The notes below the pieces were generated by a model that was not told the DNA's origin, ran no database searches, and saw nothing but the letters and a program-made list of their open reading frames with translations. The position numbers and the translations under genes are program-made. Below, piece after piece: positions 30,803-39,467 of a DNA stretch of 64,000 nucleotides. Within the stretch, counting starts at the first letter, position 1, and every line of letters starts with the position of its first letter. The stretch comes from Methylococcaceae bacterium (GTDB lineage Bacteria; Pseudomonadota; Gammaproteobacteria; Methylococcales; Methylomonadaceae): contig BJHG01000001.1 of NCBI GenBank assembly GCA_014191975.1, forward strand, positions 1,224-65,223, in the 5' to 3' direction.

Positions 30803-33800
30803 ATGACAGCTAACCAATCAGGCATTCGCGATAATCATCGTTTTGGAAAAGTCGGTGATTTCTTAAAAGAAAAAATACAACCCAATGCACAGCTACGTTT
30901 TGTATCAGCCTATTTTAGTATTTTTGGATTTGAGGCACTAAAAGCAGAATTATTACCGATTGATAAGTTGCAATTTTTATTCGGCGAACCGACTTTTGTT
31001 AAGCAACTAGACGTAGCACAATCTCAGGCGAAAGCATTTCATATTGTGGAACAAGATTTATGGCTAAATAACCGCCTGAATCAAAAAGCGATTGCTAAAA
31101 CGTGTGCGAATTGGATAACAGAAAAAGTCGAAATTCGCTCGCTGATTCAAACAAATTTGCTACATGGCAAGCTCTACCATATCAACAATAATGGCGTTGA
31201 ATCCGCGTTATTGGGTAGCTCAAATTTCACCTTGCACGGTTTAGGCGAAGGCAATTCAAATATCGAATTGAATTTAATCGTGGATAGCGACCGTGACAGA
31301 CAGGATTTAAAAAGTTGGTTTGACGGAATTTGGAACGACAAAACGTTGGTTAAAGATGTTAAACAAGAAGTCTTAAATTATTTAACGCAGCTTTATCACA
31401 ACCATTCACCGCAGTTTATTTATTACAAAACGCTCTATCACGTTTTTTATGAAGATTGGCAACGTTACCAAGAACAACGTGAAGCCACTGAAAAAAGTTT
31501 AAATAAATCGGAGATTTGGAATACCTTGTTTGACTTTCAAAAAGAAGGTGTGGTTCACGCAATTACTAAAATTGAAACGCATAACGGCTGTATTTTGGCA
31601 GACAGCGTGGGGCTGGGTAAAACCTACGAAGCCCTAGCGGTCATTAAGTATTTCGAGGCGAAACATCACAATGTTTTGGTGTTATGTCCAAAAAAACTCA
31701 GTGAAAATTGGTTGCTGTATTCATCACGCTATCAACGCCAACTTAATCCATTAAAAGCAGACAAATTAAATTACACCGTATTAAGTCACACGGATTTAAG
31801 CCGTGAAAAAGGTCTGTCAAACAATGTCGATTTAAGTGATTTCGAGTGGAGTCAGTTTGATTTAATTGTGATTGATGAATCGCACAATTTTAGAAATGAT
31901 AACAAGAGCAAAAACGGTAAATCACGCTACCAACGCTTGCTTGAGGATGTGATTCAAGCAGGAGAAAAAACGAAAGTTTTATTATTGTCAGCAACGCCTG
32001 TAAATAACGATTTATCGGATTTGTATAATCAAATTCGTTTCATTAGTGCAGATGATACTCATGCGTTTGCTGACATTGGGATTGTCGATACAAAAAAAAC
32101 ACTGCGAGCCGCGCAAAATGCCTTCCATGATGCTGTTAAAAACAAACGTCAATCGCAACTAGCCCACCATTTAAACGCGGATTTTTTCAAATTACTCGAT
32201 GCGATTACGATTGCCCGTTCACGCAAACACATTGAACGTCACTATCCCAATGTTGCCAAAGAATTAGGCCGTTTTCCTAAACGCACCGCTCCACAATCGA
32301 TTTATTATGAGATGGACACGCTTGGCGTATTTCCTTCGTTTGTCGGCATAGAAAAAGAAATTTCAGCTTATCAATTATCGTTATTTAATCCGACGAAATA
32401 CCTACTCAACGAATACCGCGATTTACCTGAATATCAAAGCAAAGTAAAAAACTTCACTCAAGAAAACCGAGAGCATTATTTAATCGGTATGATGAAGGTG
32501 AATTTTTTAAAACGCCTTGAAAGTTCCGTTGTGTCATTTGCGGACACGATGGCTCGAACGGTTATTAAGATTGAGGATTTGATTAAAAAAATAAAACAAC
32601 TCGATGAAATTGAAAATTTGATTGATGATGATTCTGACGATGAAGAGTTAAATGATGCGCTGGCGGTCGGTAAAAAAATCAAATTCAAATTAAAACATTT
32701 AGATTGTGAGCGTTGGTTGCAGGATTTAGAAAATGACAAAGAACAACTAAAAAAACTGCGGGATACAGCTCAAAACATCACATCTCAACGTGACGGTAAA
32801 TTACACGAATTAAAACGCTTGATTACCCATAAAATCAGCAATCCAACCATCGATAAGCAAGGTAAATCGATTAAAAAAGTGCTGATTTTTACCGCGTTTT
32901 CTGACACCGCCCAGTATTTGTACAATGCCTTGAAATCCGATTTAACCGAATTAGGCGTTCATTCTGGTTTAGTGACAGGTTCAAAATGTGAAGCCACGTT
33001 AGGCATGACAAATTTTAATGACGTGTTAATCAATTTTTCGCCCACCGCTAAAAAACGCAGTGGTTTTAAAAATACGCTCACGGACGAAATTGACATTTTA
33101 ATTGCGACAGATTGTATTTCGGAAGGGCAAAATTTGCAGGATTGCGATTGGGTCATTAACTACGATATTCATTGGAATCCAGTGCGTTTGATTCAACGAT
33201 TTGGACGAATTGACCGAATTAACAGCCAAAACAAAGATGTTTCGATGATTAACTTTTGGGCAACGGCTGAACTCGACCAGTATTTGAATTTGAAAAATCG
33301 GGTTGGAGCACGAATGGCGTTAGTGGATATTTCTGCCACGGGTTCGGATAACTTATTGCTCACCGAAGACGATGCTAACGATGAATTAAATTATCGTGAT
33401 GAACAGTTAAAACGCATGAAAGATGAAGTGCTGGATTTAGAAGAACTCAATGATGGCGCGACGTTAACTGATTTTAATTTTGATGATTTTCGTGCGGATT
33501 TAGGTGGCTATTTGGATTTAGAGCGCGATAAATTAGCCAACACGCCACTCGGTCTTTATGCCGTTGTGCCTGAACAACCCGATTTAAATATTCACAAAGG
33601 CGTTATTTTTTGTCTGCAACAAAAGGTTTATCAGCAAGAAAAGGGGCAACAGGTGAATCCGCTCACGCCGTTTTTCTGATTTATATTCAAGACGATGGCA
33701 AAGTCAGACGCAACTTTGTTGAAGCCAAACACACGCTCGAAGTTTTCAAAATGTTGTGCATCGGTAAAGACCAACCTTATGAAGCGTTATGCCAATTATT

Positions 33801-34002
33801 TGATGACCAAACCCATGACGGCAGTGATATGGCGCATTATTATGACTTGGTGGCAAAATCGGTCGATGCGATTAGCGAAGCCTTTCAAGAAAAAGAAATT
33901 ATCAAGTTAGCAACAGGACGTGGCGCGTTATTGCCAGTCGTTTCAGAACAAATCACAAACCCAACTGATTTTACGTTGGTAACATGGTTCGTAATTAGTT
34001 AA
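30803..34002 (+). pseudogene. PLD-family nuclease domain fused to an SNF2/DEAD-like helicase, interrupted by a 1-nt frameshift in a T5 run (33671-33675)
   Basis: N-terminal single HKD-like motif LLHGKLYHINNNGVESALLGSSNF. SNF2 motifs ILADSVGLGKTYEA, LIVIDESHNFRN, LLLSATPVNN, TDCISEGQNLQD and HWNPVRLIQRFGRIDR. The 958-aa ORF ends ..NPLTPFF* and the next frame continues FLIYIQDDGKVRRNF.. to 34002. Confidence 0.8.
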
Positions 34003-34025
34003 TAAAAACACAAACGGATTTCGTA

Positions 34026-37000
34026 ATGACGGATAAAAATAAACTTCAAACGCTCATTAACCAATTTTCAGACGGTGATTTAAGAGCAAACGCCCTCGCA
34101 TTATTTAAAGAACTTGGCTATCAAAGTCCGCGTACTTTTAATAAACCCGTTAATGAGATTTTACGAACATTCGACCATGAAAAAGCGTTGTGTTCCGAAT
34201 GGATTAACGCGCCATTTCTGTTTCAATTAGCCGAAGATAATTTAAGCAATGTTCAATCATTGCTCACTGAGGTTGATGGCACGATTATCGAATCGTATAT
34301 GTTCGTGGCGATTGAATTAGAAAAATCCGAGTATTCCCGTTCCGATTTGGTCAGAATCACCCGCGAACTCAATAAAAGTCCACAACCTATTTTGATTTTA
34401 TTCAAACACGGCGACACATTAACGTTATCGGTTATTCACCGCCGATTGCATAAACGTGACGAAAGCAAAGACGTTTTAGAAAAAGTCACGTTGCTTAAAG
34501 ATATTCGTATCAGTGACCCGCATCGCGCCCATGTGGATATTTTGTTCGATTTGGCATTTGATAATTTGAATTTAAAAGCAGGTGCGAGTTTTGTTGATTT
34601 ACACAACGCTTGGCAAGCCGTTTTAGATACCAAAACGCTTAATAAACAGTTCTACAAAGAATTGTCACAGTGGTATTTCTGGGCAATAAAGGAAGTCTAT
34701 TTTCCTGATGCTGAAAATATCGAAGCCGTAAAAGGTGGCGTTTTTGAAGACGAAAACAAAGTCCGAGAACACAATGCAAAAAGTTTGATTCGATTATTAA
34801 CCCGATTACTTTTTGTTTGGTTTATCAAAGAAAAAAATCTCATTCCTGAACAGTTGTTCAACGAAGACTCGATTAAGGCACAATTAAACGGTTTCAAGCC
34901 GCAAATCAGCGACAAATCAAACGCCATTTTTCAAGCAAATGACAGCCATTTTTACCGCGCCATTTTGCAAAACTTATTCTTTGCAACACTCAATCAAACC
35001 TGTGAAAAACGTCAATTTCGCGGTGATGGACGACATCAAAATGTCACCAATTTGATGCGTTATAAATCCTATTTTTCAGAGCCAGACGCATTTTTAAAAT
35101 TGGTTTCTGATGTTGTGCCATTTATGAATGGTGGTTTGTTTGATTGTTTAGATAAACCCATTCCCGAATTAAAAGGCAAACAAGGCGGCGATGTGATTGC
35201 TTATGAAGATGGATTTTCAGACCGCCCCGATAATAAATTGCGCGTGCCTGATTACATTTTCTTTGGCTCACATAAAAACGTCGATTTAAGCGAAGAACTC
35301 GGCAACAAACAAAAATCCGTTGAGATTAAAGGCTTAGTTGATATTTTAAAAAGCTACAAATTCACCATCACTGAAAACACGCCGATTGAAGAAGATATTG
35401 CTCTCGACCCTGAATTATTAGGGCAAGTGTTTGAAAATTTACTCGCCAGTTACAACCCCGAAACCAAAACCACCGCACGCAAGCAAACAGGCTCTTTTTA
35501 TACCCCGCGTGAAATTGTTGATTACATGGTTGATGAATCACTCAAGGCTTATTTCAAATCCAAGTTAGAGCATTTAACGACTGAACAATTAGACAATTTG
35601 TTGAGTTACACAAAACCCACGCCCGAATTTTCAGAAGAAGATAAAACCGCTTTAATTGAAGCCATTGATACTTGCAAAATCCTTGACCCTGCTTGTGGTT
35701 CGGGCGCATTTCCAATGGGCGTTTTACACAAGTTGGTTTTCATTTTGGGCAAAATAGACCCAGACAATGAATTGTGGAAACAACGCCAAATCAAAGAAAA
35801 AGATTCTGCGTTGCAAAAACGTATTATCGAAGCCTTCACCGATAACGAAGTCGATTACGCACGAAAACTTTATCTCATCGAAAATTGTATTTATGGCGTG
35901 GATATTCAAGCGATTGCCATTCAAATCAGCAAACTTCGATTTTTCATTTCACTGATTGTTGACCAAAAAGTCGATAGAAATAAAACCAATTTTGGCGTGT
36001 TACCGTTGCCGAATTTAGAAACCAAATTTGTCGCGGCAAATACGTTAATCGGCATTGAGAAACCGAAAAAACAAACCAGTTTATTTGATAGCAAAGAAAT
36101 TGAAGCTCTCGAAGAAAAATTAAAAAAAGTCCGTCACAGTTTGTTTAGCGTCAGAAGTCCAAGCAGAAAAAGAGAATTACGCGACGAAGATAAATTGTTG
36201 CGTGAACAAATCGGCGAATTGTTAGAACAACACGGCTGGGGAAATGAAACCGCACAGCAATTAGCACATTGGAATCCTTACGACCAAAACGCCAACGCCG
36301 ATTTTTTTAATCTCGAATGGATGTTTGGTGAAACAGGTTTTGATATTGTGATTGGCAATCCGCCTTACATTCAAATTCAAAAATTGAAAAATTCTGCAAT
36401 TTTAGCAAAACAGGATTTTCAAGTTTTTGATAAAGGTTCTGATTTATATATTTTATTTTTTGAAAAAGGATGGCTTTTATTAAAAAATAACGGTGTTTTA
36501 TCTTTCATTACGCCGAATACTTGGCTTCAATCAATTTCTTTTACAAAAATCAGAAAATTTTTATCAAATCAATTTCTTTGGTCAAACATTTTGATTCCAG
36601 ATAAAAACCTTCGATGCAGTCGTAGATACATTAGTAGTTGTTTTTGAAAAAAATAAAATAGCTGAATCACACACGCTAAATATCTTTCAAAAAAATAATG
36701 AAAGCATATATTTTCTTCAAACTCTTTCATGCAACCAAATTCCAAAAAATGGCGATGTTATCAATATAACGGTGAATCAAAAACAGAGTGTTATTTATGA
36801 AAAAATCATTAACAGCTCAATCAAAATTAAAGATGTTTGTAATGTTTTTAACGGTGTAAAACCTTTTGAAAAGGGAAAAGGCAATCCTCCTCAAAGTGCC
36901 GAAGTTATGAAAACAAAGCCTTTCGTTGCTGAAGGTAAAAAACCTAGTGAAGAATGGTCGCCTTTGCTTAGAGGTCGTTTGATTCAACGATATATAAATC

Positions 37001-37488
37001 TTTAGAATAATAATTATTGGATTTTGTACGGTAATTGGCTTGCTGCTCCAAGAAATGCTGATATTTTTAATGCAACAGAAAAAATATTAATCCGACAAAC
37101 AGGTGATAGCATTATTGCGGTTATTGTTGAAAATGGTTTTATTGCTAGAGATAACTTGCACATAATTTTACCTCAAAATCCTTTGTTCAATTTGAAATAT
37201 GTGCTGGCTATTGTGAATTCAAAATTAACTGATTTTATTTATACCACCATGAATCCAGAAAAAGGCGAAGCTCTTGCTCAAGTAAAAAAACAACACGTTG
37301 AAAATTTAATTCTTCGGGATATTTCCATTTCCGAGCAACAACCATTCATCACCTTAGTAGACAAAATCCTTGCCGAGAAAAAAGCAGGCAACGACACCCG
37401 CGCGTTGGAACGTGAGATTGATGTGTTGGTTTATGGACTTTATGGGTTGACGGAAGATGAAATCAGAATAATTGAGGGTGGGAAATAA
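34026..37488 (+). pseudogene. Large gamma-class N6-adenine DNA methyltransferase with C-terminal target-recognition region (Eco57I/TaqI-like, type IIG/ISP/PglX-like architecture), carrying one frameshift and one in-frame stop
   Basis: Motifs FYTPREIVDYMV, ILDPACGSGAF (motif I) and VIGNPPYIQIQ (motif IV). The frame shifts at the A5 run 36603-36607 (..ILIPDK / TFDAVVDTLVVVFEK..), and there is an in-frame TAG at 37003-37005 (..RYINL*NNNYWILYGNWLAAPR..). The canonical tail is LVYGLYGLTEDEIRIIEGGK*. Confidence 0.8.
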
Positions 37489-37508
37489 GGTTTATCTGGA
37501 ACATTAGA

Positions 37509-37652
37509 GCAAATCCCCCAGCCTTGCAGGCTGCCCCCTTCAAAAAGGGGGGTAAGAGATTAAAAAGCGTGTGCGTGTGTTTATGCTTTTGCTTTACCGT
37601 CTTTTACCCCCTTTTTGAAGGGGGGAGCGGCGATAGCCGCAGGGGGATTTGC
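37509..37652. repeat. Composite 144-bp palindromic element (two inverted ~50-nt arms, each with nested G/C-run hairpins); MITE/REP-like
   Basis: The left arm is gcaaatcccccagccttgcaggctgcccccttcaaaaaggggggtaagag. The reverse complement of the right arm is gcaaatccccctgcggctatcgccgctccccccttcaaaaagggggtaaaag. Confidence 0.8.
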
Positions 37653-37668
37653 TTTTAAGTTTTCGATA

Positions 37669-37700
37669 GAAGAGATTTTAATTGTGAAGGGTTGAAAATG
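37669..37700 (+). repeat. Degenerate copy of the methyltransferase 3' tail (copy 2 of 5)
   Basis: gaagagattttaattgtgaagggttgaaaATG compared with the consensus gaggagattttgattgtggagggtgggaaATG. It ends at the start codon of the MazF-associated antitoxin. Confidence 0.65.
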
Positions 37701-37937
37701 ATTGCGTTAAGACAGCTAAAACGTGTGCCAAAAAATCATAAAATTGTGATTGAAGTGCCTGCGAGTATTCATGAAAATCAAATGATGGAAGTGATTTTGT
37801 TATTCAAAGAAACGCCGAAGAATTCGAGAGCTGACAAACTCGCGCAATTAAAAGCGAGCCAACACGATGGGCTTTTCTTGAGTGATCTACAGATGATTAG
37901 TGATGATTTTGCTGATGTTGATGGTGAGAAATGGTGA
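37698..37937 (+). CDS. Putative antitoxin of the MazF/PemK module
   Basis: Small acidic-tailed ORF overlapping the mazF-like start (ATGGTGATG). No clear family match by eye; the call rests on position. Confidence 0.55.
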   Translation: MIALRQLKRVPKNHKIVIEVPASIHENQMMEVILLFKETPKNSRADKLAQLKASQHDGLFLSDLQMISDDFADVDGEKW

Positions 37938-38275
37938 TGCGTTGGAGTATTTATTTGGTGAATCTTGACCCAACGATTGGCTCGGAACAAGGCAAAACGC
38001 GCCCTGTTTTGGTAATTAGCGACGATGACGTTAACGCGATTTTGCCAGTGATAAACATTTTGCCGCTAACCTCGCTGAAACAAGGTCGCCGAATTTACCC
38101 GAATGAAGTGTTGTTGAAAAAAGAACAATCTGGGCTTGATAAAGATTCGCTGGTGCTGTGTTACCAAATCCGAACCGTTGATAAAAAACGGCTGATTAAA
38201 AAGTTGGGTGAAGTGAAAAACGATGACACGCAAACTGAAATCATTGATGCGCTGAGTTTTCAGTTGGGATTGTGA
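37931..38275 (+). CDS. Type II toxin, PemK/MazF-family endoribonuclease
   Basis: IYLVNLDPTIGSEQGKTRPVLVIS and LCYQIRTVDKKRL are the MazF/PemK signatures. Confidence 0.88.
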   Translation: MVMRWSIYLVNLDPTIGSEQGKTRPVLVISDDDVNAILPVINILPLTSLKQGRRIYPNEVLLKKEQSGLDKDSLVLCYQIRTVDKKRLIKKLGEVKNDDTQTEIIDALSFQLGL

Positions 38276-38283
38276 TTGATATG

Positions 38284-38346
38284 TTGTTCTATTGGCTTTA
38301 TGGGTTGAGTGACGAGGAGATTTTGATTGTGGAGGGTGGGAAATGA
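38284..38346 (+). repeat. Copy of the methyltransferase 3' tail (copy 3 of 5)
   Basis: ..gctttatgggttgagtgacgaggagattttgattgtggagggtgggaaatga translates to LYGLSDEEILIVEGGK*. Its stop overlaps the relE-like ATG (ATGA). Confidence 0.85.
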
Positions 38347-38609
38347 ATTACAACGTGACTTTTACGGATACCGCGTTGAAAAATTTGGCGCGTTATCCAG
38401 CAAAAGACCAGCAAACGATTTTGAAAAATATCAAACAGCTTTCAGAAAACCCACTCACAAAAAGTAACGTGAAAAAGTTGGTGGATTTTGGCGTTTCATA
38501 TCGGCTTCGGGTTGGGAATTATCGGGTGTTATTTGACCGCGAAGACAGTTTAAAAATTATCGACGTGGTGGATGTTTTGCCGCGTAACAAAGTATATCAA
38601 CGGAGATAA
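38343..38609 (+). CDS. Type II toxin, RelE/ParE family
   Basis: 88 aa; ..YRLRVGNYRVLFDREDSLKIIDVVDVLPR is typical of RelE/StbE. Confidence 0.85.
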   Translation: MNYNVTFTDTALKNLARYPAKDQQTILKNIKQLSENPLTKSNVKKLVDFGVSYRLRVGNYRVLFDREDSLKIIDVVDVLPRNKVYQRR

Positions 38610-38611
38610 TC

Positions 38612-38827
38612 ATGTTAGAAAACGTGCAAGTGATTCAAGAAAAAGGACAAAACAAATTTGCGGTGATTGATTTTGAGGAGTTTGTTTTGGTGAAAGAATT
38701 ATTGTCGAATGCTGAAAAATTGGAAGATTATTTAGATTATTTACACATTCAAACGGTCAAAAAACAGGATAAATCGCCGCGTCATTCTTTTGATGATGTC
38801 GTGGCGGCATTGAATTTGAATGTTTGA
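38612..38827 (+). CDS. Putative antitoxin encoded downstream of the RelE-like toxin (reverse, HigBA-like order)
   Basis: 71-aa ORF starting 3 nt after the toxin stop. N-terminal ..NKFAVIDFEEFVLVKELL resembles Phd/YefM-type antitoxin starts. Confidence 0.55.
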   Translation: MLENVQVIQEKGQNKFAVIDFEEFVLVKELLSNAEKLEDYLDYLHIQTVKKQDKSPRHSFDDVVAALNLNV

Positions 38828-38861
38828 TGGGTTGATTTTAATTGTGGAGGGTGGGAAATGA
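38826..38861 (+). repeat. Shortened copy of the methyltransferase 3' tail (copy 4 of 5)
   Basis: gatgggttg|attttaattgtggagggtgggaaatga equals copy 5 with an internal deletion. It begins in the stop codon of the preceding antitoxin and ends in the ATG of the next cassette. Confidence 0.75.
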
Positions 38862-39070
38862 ACACATTACAACAAGTAATTCACCAAGAAATTAACACGT
38901 TACCGATAATGTCACAAAAAGAGGTTTTAGATTTTGTGTTGTTTTTGAAAAACCGAATTAACGTTGAATCTGACCATGATTATTTGTCGAAAAACCCTGA
39001 AATTAAACAAGCAATTATTGATGGTTTGAATATGCCGCTTGATGAATGTTCAACGGAATTGGATTGGTAA
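38858..39070 (+). CDS. Putative antitoxin (DUF2281-like) of the YoeB-like module
   Basis: 70 aa; ..LPIMSQKEVLDFVLFLKNR resembles DUF2281 antitoxins. Its stop overlaps the toxin ATG. Confidence 0.55.
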   Translation: MNTLQQVIHQEINTLPIMSQKEVLDFVLFLKNRINVESDHDYLSKNPEIKQAIIDGLNMPLDECSTELDW

Positions 39071-39329
39071 TGTATCAACTTTATTACACCAATCGCGCTA
39101 AAAAAGATGCTCAGTTGATAAAAGCCTCGAATTTGAAAGATAAAGTTACAGAATTATTAGCGTTAATTTCTGCTGACCCGCTGGCGTATCCGCCCGAATT
39201 TGAGTTTTTAAAAGGGGATTTGAAAGGCGCGATTTCACGGCGAATTAACAAACAGCATCGTTTGGTTTATCAGGTTTTGGAAGATGAAAAAGCGCACAGG
39301 TTTTGATGATGTGGACGCATTATGAGTAA
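39070..39329 (+). pseudogene. Type II toxin, Txe/YoeB family, frameshifted in an A5 run (39287-39291)
   Basis: ..GAISRRINKQHRLVYQVLEDEK then, after a -1 shift, ..SAQVLMMWTHYE*, which is the canonical YoeB C-terminus. As it stands the ORF ends EDEKAHRF* at 39306. Confidence 0.8.
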
Positions 39330-39420
39330 CACCCGCGCGTTGGAACGTGAGATTGATGGGTTGGTTTATAAGCTTTATGGGTTGAGTGATGAGGAGATTT
39401 TGATTGTGGAGAGGAAATAA
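39329..39420 (+). repeat. Copy of the methyltransferase 3' tail (copy 5 of 5)
   Basis: acacccgcgcgttggaacgtgagattgatgggttggtttat... translates to TRALEREIDGLVYKLYGLSDEEILIVERK*. Its first 41 nt differ from 37394-37434 at one position. Confidence 0.9.
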
Positions 39421-39467
39421 TGAAATGTGCAATTTGCCGAAATGGCGAAACAGAAACAGGTGTGACA
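39420..39467 (+). pseudogene. 16-codon fragment resembling the N-terminus of a YgiT/MqsA-type zinc-ribbon antitoxin, fused in frame to the next gene
   Basis: MKCAICRNGETETGVT resembles the MKC.IC..GE start of MqsA/YgiT-type proteins. It is followed directly by the signal peptide MKLLSLLFLIFF of the HupE-like protein. Confidence 0.35.

Noticed and set aside
38281-38346. Mini-ORF MLFYWLYGLSDEEILIVEGGK between mazF and relE
   Set aside because: It is explained as a relic of the methyltransferase 3' tail, not an independent gene.
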